Source of the DNA: Bugula neritina
Lineage: Eukaryota > Animalia > Bryozoa
Reading direction: 5' to 3'
DNA: 64,000 nucleotides
NCBI GenBank assembly: GCA_964035545.1
Contig: OZ037768.1
Span: forward strand, 13,587,675 to 13,651,674
Shown here: piece by piece, positions 1 to 13,788 of the stretch
How positions within the stretch are numbered: position 1 is the first letter of the stretch
Layout of the letters: every line of letters begins with the position of its first letter
The notes under the pieces: generated by a model
What the model was told of the DNA's origin: nothing
Database searches by the model: none
Seen by the model: the letters and a program-made list of their open reading frames with translations, nothing else
Program-made: the position numbers and the translations under genes

Positions 1-1409
1 ATGTATTCAGCGGTAGTGTGATAATCATGAACAATAATATAAAATATAGACTAAAAATTCAGTAATTTACACCATGTGACTAGAAAGCTTTGGAATTAAA
101 CTAACATACAATGGTGAAATTGAACTATATGAAGTATATAGAAGTTGCTACTGAAGCCGATTCTGTACTGCAGCAGTATAAGTAAAACTATGAAGATTAT
201 TCTAAACAGCATACCCTACTCAAGAGATTTATATTATATGATACTAAGTCACTTTGCTGGTTATAAGTAAGGCAACTCCAAATGATTGTATGTTGAATAT
301 TATGATTATATTTACATAATCACGTGCAATATAGAAGTAAGTGGTCTAATATTTGTTTTAGGAAGGAAATTACAGAATTGATAATTCAAGGATAGGAATA
401 CTATTTCGGGAATACTTTTATACGACAAAATATAGAAAAAAAGGCACACAGCTCCTTATTGTTCTGTTAAAAATAATAAATATCAGATCTATATTATGCT
501 CTACAATTTACAAGACATTGTGTACTCTACTAGTTAGCATAGCATTGCATTTCATCAACATTAGGAAATTCAACAAACATACTTTACTTTTTCAGTCATA
601 TGTAATTTTCTCTTTTGATTAAACATAACAAAACACAACTTTCCATTTAATATTTGAGTTTCATTTTACAGTTTTGAACCAAGCTTTCTAGCAGGATTAT
701 TCTGAAAAGAAATTAATGTATGATTTTCTAATGGTGAAAACACAAGCGAAAAACTTTTTACATGCTGAAATTGATTCACATGTTACTATTTGGACTTTTT
801 GTGAGCAAACAAAACTGGTGGTATTTTCTCCAACTTGTCAGTGACTTGGTTTCTGTTAAGTCTATTGCTTCAAACATAGCTACCAGCTATTCAGCTTTTT
901 GAATTCATTCAAAGAAATAGCTAATGGTAAATTATTAGCCAAGAAATATGGGCATATATTAAATTATACCATACTATTAACAACATGGCTACAAATTTTA
1001 AATTGATTATAATAAAATTAAACCACTACCAAGTTTTAGAGAATACCAAACACTGTGATTGTTAATTGGACTTAATATTAGTTTAACTAATAGTATTACT
1101 ATCAGTTCAAATATAAAATGTACGGAGACATTTGTTGGTATTACTAACACTAACAGTCAGAGTTAATTTTCTTATTATTATTAGCATAAAGATAAGTATT
1201 GGTTAAACCTAATCATCAAGTTGATTAATTCACTTTATAAGTATTGCTTTCACTTTAGGGTTTTACTCTAAAACTTTAAATTTCAATATACACTGCAAAG
1301 TTGGAGTAACAGTAACCAATACGGTGACAAATATGACATTAAATTATTCTGAACTTTTTATTAAACAGTAAGCAAGGCAGGAAAAATATGAATTTTATAA
1401 GATTTAAAA

Positions 1410-1577
1410 TTTTGAAGTAATTGTTATGTAATTATAAAGTAATTGTGAAATTCAATTACATTAGCAATGTAATTAATTACAATTACATTTTTATACATCA
1501 ATTATAAATTAAATTCAATCACTTGAAAAAATGTAATTAATTACAACCAATTACAAATTACAATTACCCCAACCCTG
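1410..1577. mobile_element. Terminal fragment of a hAT-like non-autonomous element
   Basis: An array of GTAATT/AATTAC subrepeats ends in CCCCAACCCTG (CAGGG-type terminus). The partner end was not found. Confidence 0.5.
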
Positions 1578-1589
1578 GTCGATAGTAAT

Positions 1590-2080
1590 CGTATACTTAT
1601 ACTTATAGCTAGTGCTACTGTTAGAAACCATTAGGCATTACAGTTGATAAAAAGTAAAAACAATACTGAATACTGTTACAAGTACAACTACTGCAGTGCC
1701 ATCGGCATTAGCCAATATGCAATAGTATTCACCAATAGTAATACTTACGTTTAATAATATAGGAGTTATAAAGTTCAAATATGAGTATAACTATAAGTAT
1801 AACTTATAGTGTAAGTATAACTGTATAAGTATAACTATTACTATAAGAGTATAACTATAAGACTAAGTTATAAGTAGTAAGTATAAGTATTAAATAGTAA
1901 ATTACTATTAGTATTTTTATTAGACCAACAAGTAATAGTCATAGTTTATGATTATGATGTTATTCATATTGTTAAAATTAATGTTGAGATTTAGATTTAC
2001 TTTTGGTCATACTCAGATTATCATACTCATACTGAGTTACTCATAGTGATAGTCATATTCATAGTGATAATGATTTGATT
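1590..2080. repeat. Degenerate hexamer-periodic (TAAGTA/TAGTCA-type) low-complexity tract at the start of CCT6 intron 1
   Basis: agtataactataagtataac.. and tcatactcatactgag.. arrays. Confidence 0.75.
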
Positions 2081-2087
2081 GATTTAC

Positions 2088-2224
2088 ATTTTTATAGTTC
2101 CTTTTGGACCAAGATTTGTCTTTAAGACATCTTGCAAACCTCTAGCTGCCGACGTATTAACAGCTAAAGCTTGCGCCGCTCGTGCAACTTCTGCTTTAGG
2201 ATTTAAACTCTTGATGGCTGACAT
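2088..2224 (-). CDS. CCT6: T-complex protein 1 subunit zeta (CCT6), first coding exon; the rest of the gene lies left of the window
   Basis: The minus strand reads [45 protein letters not shown](M), the conserved CCT-zeta N-terminus. It ends at an AT|GTAAAT donor (137 nt coding). No second exon was found in 1-2087. Confidence 0.95.
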
Positions 2225-2660
2225 AGTGACCCAATGTTGTGTGGCACGGTATAAAATCAATGAATTGTTCTAGAAGAAAAAACAGTTTGCACAAGGAGTA
2301 TAACAATCTCGTTTGTTCCCGTTCGAAAAACTTGTTTAATGCTTAGCATTTGGAGTCATCTTTTTAATTTTTTAAAACAAAGATGTTGATAGAAGACAAC
2401 TTCATTATAAAAGCTGTCGTTGAAGTTATCCAGATGACGTTGCAATAAGATCTCTTTAGCTAACAGACTAAATTTATTCAAAGCGTTGATAAAACGTGTA
2501 ATGTTGGGGCCAATAAATTCCTTTTCAATGGTATAAATATAGAAAGATGATATCTGGCTCTCAGTCTTTCAATTATCACAAGAGTCAGAACCGGTAGTGG
2601 TTCAGATTTTAGTTTCAGTTTGGTAGTTGACTTGCTCCAAGCTTTTGTCTAATACATTTA
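2225..2660. promoter_or_regulatory. Putative bidirectional promoter region for CCT6 and POR
   Basis: Head-to-head genes. A relatively CpG-containing island lies between AT-rich low-complexity tracts. The POR ATG exon is preceded by an acceptor (ttttag|g, 5148), implying an upstream non-coding exon. Confidence 0.55.
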
Positions 2661-3670
2661 GTTTTAGTTTTACTGTATGACTATTACTATTAGTATTAGT
2701 ATTAGTATTACTAATATGGTAATACTAATGGTAATACTAATAGTAATACTAATAGTCACACAGTAAAACTAAAACTACACGTTATACATTTACACATCTA
2801 TATTAAATTAAACTTAAAGAGTTCCAGCGCAATTTCAATTTGCCTCTGTTAACTGTTAAGACTAAGAAGTAAGAGGCGCTCAGCAGGAATAATATTTATA
2901 TCAACTAATCTGATCTGATCTGAAATGTGATTGCTAGACTCAATGAACTGGAAAATATTTCTAGTTCAGTGGTTTGGCTGTTTTAATATCACTATTAGTA
3001 TTACTATTACTATTAGTATTACTATTAGTAAATGTAATTTAGTACGACTATAATATTGATTATCATTATCATTATGTTTGAGTATATTGCCTTAAATTTT
3101 TTTTTACTTTTACTTTTAGTCATTTAGTTTTACAGTTGCTGTTAGTGTTACTTTTAGTTGTAGTCTAACTCTGACATAGTTACTCATAGAGCGATAGTCA
3201 TACTCACACTGTTATTGTATTTGTTGGTGTTGCCGTTGGTTCATTATTATGTTTGATTTTATTATTTTATAATAATTATAAAATATAATATTATTATTAA
3301 TAGTAATAATAAAAGTTATAATGATTGCCATTATGATAATGATTAATATAAATATTTATTAATCCTATTATATTTAATTTTATAATATGAATATTTAATT
3401 TTAATGTTGTAAAATGAAAATGATAAAGCAGATTTAATTAAATTTAAAAACTGAGAAATAAAAATATATTTAATAGAGTAATACCATTACTAATGGTAGT
3501 GGTAGTACTAGTACAGTACCAGTAGTAGTACTAGAGTAGTAGTAGTACTACTAGTTTTATTGCTACTCGTACTACTAATGCTTAAATTTATAATATAATA
3601 ATAATTATCATAAAATAAAATATATTTATAATATAGTAATCGTACTACACAAAATAATCATTATAATTAT
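2659..3670. repeat. Degenerate hexamer-periodic (TAGTAT/TACTAA) tracts on the POR side of the promoter
   Basis: ctattactattagtattagt.. and agtagtactac.. arrays, interrupted by a unique patch at 2810-2985. Confidence 0.75.
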
Positions 3671-5155
3671 CAGTGACAATGGCAGCAAGACCTCTTGAAT
3701 GTGAATTCAAAATCTGGAATAATCTAAAAAAGTATTAGCTTAATTGTTTTTCAATTTACTTTATAAAATGTCTTAGAGATTTTTTTATTCTAAAACAGTA
3801 ATATATATATGACCAGCATTTGCTATGATATATTATCGGATAGATTTAAATCTCAGCCTAGCTTATATTGTTCAGCTAAGTGATAATAGCTACAACTTTT
3901 TTTATACTTGTAGCTTAGGGGTGTTGCTCAACTAAAGCTTAAAAATCATTTGATTATGTTCTAGTTGAGCAACAAGAACTAATAGTATACTGTAAGAATG
4001 ATAGTAAATCTAAAGCATTTTGATAGCTGATAATTATTAGTTAGTTGATAATGTACCACCTAAATATTAAGTTATTAAATTAGGGCTCAGGCATATAAGT
4101 ATTGAGTAATTACAGATATTATCCATGGTACTGATAATGTTACATACTACTAAATGAAGTACTTAGAACTGGTGTATATATTTGTGTGTAGGATTGATTT
4201 AGTTCATGTTATATGTTACTAGTTTAGCTATTGACTCACTATTTTTAGGTTAGTTAATAAAGATACGACCATTTTACAAAGTAGCTTTTGTTATATTGAT
4301 AAATATGTTTGCCGTGATTATAATGAGACTTGAGACTTTACTTATTGTAAATAAGTTATCAACTATTTCATAAGCTGTTTTAGGGAATGAAAAGTTGTAT
4401 TTTAGTAATTTTGAATTCTATTCTCTATATTAAAGTTTACGTTTATCTGTTGCATTTCAGCTCATATCCTATCAGTGCAATTTTCATACATTTCTTTCAC
4501 TCTGCTTGCCTTAGTAATAAGCAATTATTTGTGCATAACTGTTTCACTTGCTGACGTGTAATTGAGTATTATATATGCAGCCTAGATTTTTCTCAAATTA
4601 AAAACTCAAGAGCCGGTTGTTTTAAGCGCATTGATTTGCAAACACACAACTTCAAACATTGTGAAACTGCGTATACTGCATTTTACTAATAAATGTATTT
4701 AGTAGAAGAAATTTATATGCTAACAATACTTCAATGACTGCTTCAGCATTAAACTGAAATGTCCTTGTGTTCAGTATATGGAATTCATAGTTTATTTTTC
4801 AAATTTGTTTGTTCTGTGTGCTGTTTAAATATCAGAGCATTAATATATTGGCCATTATTAACTTTGAAATATATTCATTGGAAGTAGTCTTAGTAGTAGC
4901 TGTTGCACATAGGTACTTTTATATAGCTGCCTTCTAACATAGTGACTGGCATGTGCCATTGACTCTATTTGTATTTGATGAAGTGCAATATAGACATTGC
5001 AAGTACATAAGTACTTGAAATTCACAGTCTAGCTTTCGACCTCCAGACAGCTTGAAACACTGTAGTATGGTGTCAGATCAACAACAAAATGTCAAAAATG
5101 TACATTAATAATGTCATAAGTCAGAAATATGTTAATTGAAGTTTTTAGGGTCAAA

Positions 5156-8100
5156 ATGGATGAAGTAGATGCAAAACAGCCAATGGTCAGCCTCCTTGAT
5201 GTATTTGTGATTGGAGGGGCCGTGGGATTTTGCATTTACTGGTTTTTTATTCGAACAAAAAAGAAACAAGAGTTTACAGAAATAAAACGCCTTGCACCTA
5301 TGTAAGTAGCACATCTTCATACGTTTTAGTTATACTTTTATACCAATTGTAGCATTGATATATTTCTTGCAAATCACCATTGTCCTATGGCCTATGCAGT
5401 CTTATTCTAGTATGATACTTTATTAAACAAAACTAATTAGATCGTTGAAAAGATTAAAACTGTGCTCATAAATGAAGGATAAAGTTTCTGGAATCATTCA
5501 CTTCATATTCCTGGTTATGTTAGATAGACTGCATTTATGTAGTCATATGGTGAGCTTAATAATTATTCGGTAAATTCATGGAATCTTTTTGTTGTGTCTG
5601 GCTTTTCTTGATAACTTGTACTTCTTTGCTTTTAAACAACACCAGGCCATAATAATAAGCACAGGTCAACATTTGTATTTGCTGTATCTCATGCTTTTTA
5701 TTCTTGTGTCTAAACCAACTTAGCAAATTTATGAATCTATTATTTACAGTGCCACAAAAGACATTGAAAGTACTCATAGCAAAAATTTCAACTTTGTGAT
5801 TTCTGAAAGATAATCAATTTGCATCATTTTATACCCACTTGTTAAGTTATTACTCTGCTTCATCTTTCTTCTCTATGGATGCCATAGTACTATATAGTAT
5901 ATACTGAATGCTGGTAGCTTTCTTATTATCTTACAGGACTGTTCAAAGAACTCAATCATATGATCCTTCGTTTATTGGCAAGATGAAGAAAACAGTGAGT
6001 TAATCCAACTTAAACTTTTTCAGTCTGTGACAACTTATGAAATAGGTACATAGTTTGGTGCCTGCTGGAATTATTGCATCATTACATGTCATAATTGGCT
6101 TATTTTGTAATATTTTTTATTAGAAATAGTAACACCAGCTGTTGATATAGTCCAACTGATAGTGTTGATATGACTAACAATAGTTTGCTTGGGTTTACCC
6201 AGCACGTGCATCAGCTGCATGAATGCGGTGGAGCTGCATCAAATAGACTTGCGTCATAGTTACTAACTATTAATCTGTAGGTGACTCTTGCATTATTACC
6301 ACATATCATCTTCTGCAATCTACAAGCATCAAAATTACATTACTCTGTGATAATCATATCCTTCTATAGACATAGTCACGTTTAACTCTTGTATTTAGGC
6401 TGATAACATTTATTTATATTGTAATGCTGATGAAAGTTGATAGTCAACATTTGTTGTACCATTTTATTAATTATTTATATGGAACTGACAAGTTGCATTC
6501 ATATAGTATATGGGGGATGTGGTCACTATAACTCAAATACATCTTTTGAGTTGTAAACCAAATTGAATTTTATCTTCAATTGTCACTATGTGGAGAAGGC
6601 AGTTAATAACTATGTAAGCTCCAGGAATATAGCTTTGTGTCTTTAGGCTTTTATTGTTAAGTCTCTTTCTGGTGTTTTTATTAAATGTTAGGTTATTGTA
6701 CAAAAATGACTAATTGTTGTTAGCTATTGGTGGCTTGTTGGTAATCAATCATAATAGCTATTGTAATAATTTTAATTACTAAATTAGATAATTAACTAAC
6801 AATTATTGTAATATAAATATTTATATTAATATTGGTCAGTTTGAAGTTTTGAAATTTAGCATGTTTTATACGGAGTATGTGTTATGATATCCTACGCAAG
6901 TTCTGGCTTCAAACAAAATAGAAGAGTTTTGTAAATTACAAGTCGAAAGTTCTACAATTTTGAGACGTAATTCAGGATCAGCTAAAGGTGTGACAAGTTC
7001 AGTGGCTGTCCCCACAGTGGCTGTCCCCACAGTGGCTGTCCCCACAGTGGCTGTCCCCACAGTGGCTGTCCCCACAATGGCTGTCCCTATGCATTAGATA
7101 TTGTCTGCAGTTGTTATAACCAGCTGCACCTTCTGCCACAACCAATAAGTTAAGGAGAAGTCCTAAAGTGTATGGGAGGTACCCAACAATATAATAGTTA
7201 TGGTTATACCAGTGTCACATAGACTAGGCAGTCTTATATCTAATCTCTGTCTTCCTGACTTGCAGGGAAGGAATGTGGTTATATTCTACGGCTCCCAGAC
7301 TGGCACAGCTGAAGAGTTTGCTGGTCGGCTGGCTAAAGATTGCAATAGATATGGTATGAAGGGAATGGCTGCAGATCCAGAAGAGTTTGACATGGTATGT
7401 CTAACAATAGCAGCCCTTTGATATACTTAAGTAGTCAATTCACTGTATTCAATACTCTTATTACTAGATTACCTTTTCAGTTGTGTCACTTTAGTATATG
7501 ACCTGCATGATGCGGTCAGTGAAATCTAATTAAGTATGCTGTCCAGGCTTGTGGAAATCAATGCAAAGGTTTTGTTCATAGTATGTTGCTAACCACACAG
7601 TGTAAGTATCTCTTGTACAACCCATGCTGCTTTCTGGGAAACTCGGTTCCAACTACCGCACTACAGCACAAGGAATTGCTGATGGTGAACTCGCCATTTG
7701 AAATGTGAAAATAGTACCGATCTGGCAAATTTTAGTTTTGGCTGTTGATTTTCATGAGTTGGCATGCAGGTTTAGCATATCACTGGGATCTATAATTTAT
7801 TAACTCACTGGAAGCTATTCAAAACAGCCTATTTTAGTTGAGTTATTTTAGTTACAGACACATGTTACAACATTCAGACGTGGTAACTAAAGTCTGTAGC
7901 AGACATATATATGCTAACTGTTCCAGTCTAGTACACTAGTACAAAACTGATGAAATATTCAAGGGCCAACTTTTTATCAATAAATGTGATGGATTTGCTG
8001 TAGCTTAACACCTAGTAGAGTATGACATGCGTTATCTAACCAGCTCATAGTTTATCTCACTGTTAGTATAGTTAAGGAGTTCTGCATTCACAATTCGCCA

Positions 8101-11100
8101 CTTACCAGGATGTTTGGACTTTGACATTTCTGAGATTTCACTTGCCTACCACAGCTTCAGCGGGTCCTGTTATGTACATGTGTGTTGTATGATGTGCAGG
8201 ATGATTTACCTCAGCTGAAAGACATAGAGAACAGTCTGGTTATATTTGTAATGGCTACATATGGTGAGGGTGACCCTACTGATAATGCACATGAGCTGCA
8301 TGAATGGTTACAGAATGACCAGGATTTGGAGGGTGTCACGTATGCAGTACGTCTAATAACTTGTTATTTCTATTTCCTCTTTTATATCTCTTCTGTTATA
8401 CTTGACTTCTATGTGACCCAAAGCTCACAAATCTATATTTTATAAGTCAAGTTAAGTCTATTTCTAGAATACTCTTCTGTGTGCTCCAAATTTAAGTTGT
8501 ATGAAATCATGTAAGGGCCAATACAATATACATGCATACAGCTCTAAAGTATATGGAGAGCATTAGTTCTTGGTGCCAAGTTTTATATGATCATGTGTGG
8601 TGTGTATTGAAGGTATTTGGGTTGGGAAACAAGACATATGAACATTATAATGCCATGGCAATATTTGTTGATGAAAGGATGAAGAAGTTGAATGCTACCA
8701 GAGTGCATGAAGTGGGTCTTGGAGATGATGATGCCAAGTAAGTTAACTTGTACATGCAAATGTATATAGTTGTATGTGTATATAGTTGTATGTGTATATA
8801 GTTGTATGTGTATATAGTTGTGTGTGTAAATAGTTGTGTGTGTATATAGTTGTGTGTGTAAATAGTTGTGTATGTGTATAGTTGTGTGTGTATATAGTTG
8901 TATATGTATATAGTTGTGTGTGTATATAGTTGTGTGTGTATATAGTTGTATGTGTATATAGTTGCATGTGTATATAGTTGTGTATGTATGTAGTTGTATG
9001 TGTAAATAGTTGTATATGTAAATAGTTGTATGTGTATATAGTTGTGTGTGTATATAGTTGTGTGTGTATATAGTTGTGTGTGTGTATAGTTGTGTATGTA
9101 TATAGTTGTGTGTGTGTATAGTTGTGTGTGTATATAGTTGTGTGTGTATAGTTGTGTGTGTATAGTTGTATGTGTATATAGTTGTATGTGTATATAGTTG
9201 TATGTGTATATAGTTGTAGATATATATATGTATGTAGTTTTAGATGTATATAGTTGGATGTGTATGTGTATATACCGTAGTAGTATGTGTATATAGTAGT
9301 AGATGTGTATAGTTGTGTGTGTATACAGCTGTATGTAATTGTAACTAAAGGTTGTCATTGATAAATAGAAGGTCATGATCTAGGACATACAATACCATCT
9401 ACCCATCACCTTATTGGTAACAAGTTAGTTGGTATAGTTTAGCTGACCAGACACTGCTTAGTAACCTGTGATAGTTATTTATTTGGTGTCAATTTGATGA
9501 GTTAGGACCAATAAATAATTCCAAATCAACACACTAATTATTGGCTATTTATACCATTGACTTCATAACTGCCAACTTCAATGACTAGATTTTGGAACAA
9601 GGTATTGGCAGTACAACATATAAACTCCCTTGTGTTTTTGCAAACGAAGTTTGTCTCTTGAGGTAAGCAGCCCTCAGGAAATTAATATAGATTTCATGTA
9701 AATCAGTGTTGCCGTAGTTTAGATAGGTAAGTATGTCTGCAACATCCTGTCAGTTAGTCTGCACATGCTCAGTGAGGCTTATAACCAAAAATAGCAAGTT
9801 ATGCAGTTCAATAATTGGTAAAATTGTTGTTTACTATTTTGAGAATTTACAAAGTTCTGCTTCACTTAATATTTGCTTATACTCTACTTGTTAACTTGGA
9901 CAACTTCACGCTGTGCTCTGTGAATCACTTTGCAAGGTCGCTGTGTGTATTCCAGTTAATGCAACATTTCAGTTGCCCAGGCATGCACAGCATATATTAT
10001 ATTGATATAACTTGCATGTATTGTGATGTAATTTCAGTATTGAAGATGATTTTGTTACTTGGAGAGAAGGGTTTTGGCCAGCTGTTTGTGAGAAGTTTGG
10101 TATAGAGGCCACTGGAGAGGATATTAGCATGAGGCAGTATACACTGACTGTGCACGACGATGAAATTTCTAAAGAAAAAACATTCCGTGGAGAACCAGCC
10201 CGTCTCAATTCTTTCAACACCCAGAAACCGTAATTATTACTCTCTACCTGGTGGCATTAGTGTTACTTGAATTCTTCAGTGTGATAATTAGATTTTACAC
10301 AAACTTTCTGTTGCAGGCCGTTTGACGCCAAGAACCCATTTATGGCGCCGGTGATAGTGAATAGAGAACTGACTAAGGGCGGGGACCGGTCTGTCATGCA
10401 CATTGAGCTGGACATCACCGGTTCCAAGATTCGTTACGAGGCCGGGGATCACGTGGCCATATATCCTATCAATGACTCTGAGCTGGTCGAGGGAATCGGC
10501 AAACGTCTCGGAGTGGATCTAGATGTTGTGTTCTCTCTCAACAACATTGATGGTTAGTAGAAAGGTTGTGATATACTGAGATACTTAGCTTACACAAATA
10601 CTCAACAGATTAAATACACATCCGTTTGTACTACTAAAACTATTATCTTAAATAAAAAAGGCATTTTTTACAAGTTGATCTACTGTTTGTAATGAAATAT
10701 CCTTTGCAAAATAGCTATAGTATAGCATTTATTTATAAGGTCTTTATGCAGTCCATTTATTGATTAGATGTTACATGAGTAAATTGTGTTGGTGTCATCC
10801 ATTAAAATCTGGTCATTTTGGTTCAACTGTGTTGCGTAACTTATTATCTTTGGAGAAGTTTATAGCTGGTCATTCATTTTGCTATTATTACAGTGTGTGG
10901 CTACTTGACCTTTACAAACAGTGTTAATATATTTAACTATTACATTATAGAGGAAGCCAGTAAGAAACATCCTTTTCCTAACCCGTGTTCCTACAGAACT
11001 GCACTCACTCATTACTTGGACATCACTAGTAGGCCCCGAACTCACATCCTCAAGGATTTGGCTGAGTATTGTACTGATACTGCTGACAAGGAGAAGCTTT

Positions 11101-13268
11101 TGGCCATGGCATCATCTACTGATGAGGGGAAGGTAGGCAGTTCACTGAGTATAGTAGTATGACTATCAGTTCACTGAGTATAGTAGTATGACTATCAGTT
11201 CACTGAGTGTAGTAGTATGACTATCAGTTCACTGAGTGTAGTAGTATGACTATCAGTTCACTGAGTGTAGTAGTATGACTATCAGTTCACTAAGTGTACT
11301 AAACATGCAACACAGACCAGAATCAACAGTGAGATATTGTCAACTTGTAGAGACTGTATAACGAGTATGTGTGGAAAGACCACAGGCATATTCTAGCTGT
11401 TCTAGAAGGCATTCCTAGTCTCAATCCACCAATAGACCACTTATGCGAATTGTTACCTAGACTCAACGTTAGATATTACTCTATTTCATCATCTCCGAAG
11501 GTATGTATATTCTATTATGCTGACCCTATGATACTCATACAATATGAATTACTATGCTTAGATAAAAAAATTGGGCTACAAGGTAAAACTATATTTTGCT
11601 TCATCACTTATACTTCAATGGTAACAAGTAAAAAGACATAGGCCTATAATTAACTTAGATTATTATACTTCAAATTACATGGAAAGTAGGCATGCTAAGA
11701 ATTATAAAGTTGCAGAATAATGCTAGTCCATATGCCCAGCCATTGTATCAAACTGGCTCCAGCACCAATTTGTAGTGTGAAATTTGCCTCATGACATTAC
11801 CAATGGCCTTATCAGGATTTGAACCCATAACATAGTGCTTACTCTATCCACTATACCATAACTACCCTCTTATATATAAAGCATATTTGCGAAATAAAAA
11901 ATTGCTTCCTTGGTGTCTTATTTTTTCTTAATGCATTGTTAATATTTTTAGGAGCATCCTACATCAATTCATGTCACTGCAGTGCTGGTGGAGTATGAAA
12001 CTAGGATAGGTGTTAAAATGAATGGAGTAGCTACCAGATACCTGTCCAACAAGTTACCTACAGACTCTCTAAAGCCCACTGTACCCATATATGTTAGTAT
12101 TGCCTGTGTCTTCAGCATCAACAGCAGCTGGGTTAATTGTTTTATCTCTTTTGGATGCTGTTTCAATAAATTGCTATGATTTTTTACATTCCAGGTGAGG
12201 AAATCACAATTTAGACTACCCTTCCGTTCCACCACCCCAGTAATTATGGTGGGTCCAGGCACAGGCCTTGCACCATTTAGAGGTTTTATTCAAAGTCGAG
12301 ACAATGAGCGAAAGCAGGGTAAGTTGTTGAATGATTTACCTCTGACAGCTGGTGTAGTAGATCACTATTCAGCATACATGATGTTTTTCTACCAGTTTTT
12401 ATGATCTTTCAATATGCACACTAAAATTATTTTTACTGCAGGAAAGAAAGTAGGACAAATGATTCTCTACTTTGGCTGCAGATACAAGGACCGTGATTTC
12501 ATTTATCAAGACGAGGTGAGACTTTTTAAGTCCATTCTATAACAAATTGTTAACTGGGCAAATTTTTAGCTACTTTCAAGTAATTTGTATGCTGCAAAAT
12601 AGTCATGCAGAGTATACGTTGCCTTTCCTCAATTATGAGTCTGGAACTTATGAACTGTACAAAGCCAAGAGCTATATATTACAATCATTTTAGATTGAAC
12701 AATTTGAATCAGAGGGAACATTATCCAAGGTGCATACAGCTTTCTCTCGAGATGGGCCCCAGAAGGTATATGTACAGCATCTGATGCAAAATAATAAGGA
12801 AGAGATATGGCAAGTTTTAGAAGAAGGTGGCCACATTTACGTGTGTGGGTAAGTAGTGAACCAGTCTGTTGTATATGTACTCTCCGCAACTTTTCATAAC
12901 ACATCATTTAGGAAACGAGCATTACACAAAGCAATGAGAATAATCCATATGAAAAGGTAAAAATATGAGCATTTTGTATAACAATATGTAGATATAGGAA
13001 CAATTTTGCATTTCTAGCCTGCTTACTAGTAGAATGTTTTACTAGGTCGTGTGATGAGAAATGTAAGTTTTTCTTTTGCTGCTGCCATTACTTGGTAATA
13101 TTTCTTTCTTATTTTGTTTGTAGAGATGCAAGGAATATGGCAAGAGATGTACATAAATGTTTGTTAGATGTAATTACTAGTCTAGGAGATAAGAGTACAA
13201 ATGAAGCTGAAGATTATATCAAGAAGCTGCAACAGAAAGGCAGATATGCTCAAGATGTTTGGAGTTGA
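5156..13268 (+). CDS. POR: NADPH-cytochrome P450 reductase, 15 coding exons (5156-5301, 5937-5994, 7266-7394, 8200-8346, 8613-8737, 10038-10229, 10317-10552, 10951-11132, 11351-11500, 11952-12092, 12195-12318, 12442-12515, 12694-12848, 13124-13268 are the 14 I delimited; the count should be read as 14-15)
   Basis: N-terminal membrane anchor ([19 protein letters not shown]). FMN domain motifs [26 protein letters not shown] and [16 protein letters not shown] motif [13 protein letters not shown] motif [16 protein letters not shown]-terminus [13 protein letters not shown] junctions keep frame. Confidence 0.97.
7000..7087. repeat. 15-bp tandem repeat (CAGTGGCTGTCCCCA), about 6 copies
   Basis: Directly visible; explains the spurious GTATV ORF. 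Confidence 0.95.
8760..9335. repeat. 16-18-bp minisatellite (TATATAGTTGTRTGTG), more than 30 copies, in a POR intron
   Basis: Directly visible; degenerates towards the right end. Confidence 0.95.
11138..11297. repeat. 29-bp tandem repeat (CAGTTCACTGAGTRTAGTAGTATGACTAT), about 5.5 copies
   Basis: Directly visible; fills most of a 218-bp POR intron. Confidence 0.95.
11785..11868 (-). mobile_element. Decayed copy of the same SINE family, in a POR intron
   Basis: gacattaccaatggcctt..ggatttgaacccataac..ctctatccactataccataactaccc aligns by eye with aacatcaccaatagcctt..gggttcgaacccatgac..ctctaacccccagaccacggctgctccc at 55742-55830. Confidence 0.6.
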
Positions 13269-13644
13269 AAACTTTCAGCTATCACCAATTTCCAACTGGT
13301 CATTTTTGATTTTATTTACAGAAAAAATCAAATGGTTATCTATGTCATTTTCTAGTGATGTCAGCATTAGATTCCCCATTATTTGCTAAGTATTATTTGA
13401 AAGTATTGATTTATGTCTTGTGTGCAAAAGTATTATCATAGTTTTTTCCTTTTTGTTCTGCTGCAAAAAACTGGGCGATTTTAACTGATAGTTGATACCA
13501 AAATATTATGTGCATTAGTTTACACAATGGATGGATGATAACACAGGAAAAATATTTTATTTTTAGCAATCAATAACTATTGTTAGTACTTTTATTGATA
13601 TATATTGAGAAGATTCCAAAATAACACTTGTATATTCTATAAAT

Positions 13645-13788
13645 TATGAGTAAAACTTATATAGTATTAAATTTATTGCTTAATGAAACTCGTCATGTGA
13701 TAAACAATTCACTATATGAGTAAAACTTATATAGTATTAAATTTATTGCTTAATGAAACTCGTCATGTGATAAACAATTCACTATATG
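13645..13788. repeat. Perfect 70-bp tandem duplication
   Basis: 13645-13714 is identical to 13715-13784. Confidence 0.95.

Noticed and set aside
2079-2273. Plus-strand 64-aa ORF
   Set aside because: Antisense shadow of CCT6 exon 1.
8645-9376. 243-aa and 74-aa Tyr/Thr/His-rich ORFs
   Set aside because: Translation of the intronic minisatellite.
11138-11297. 29-bp repeats resembling a CRISPR array
   Set aside because: Head-to-tail repeats with no spacers, in a eukaryotic intron, with no cas genes.
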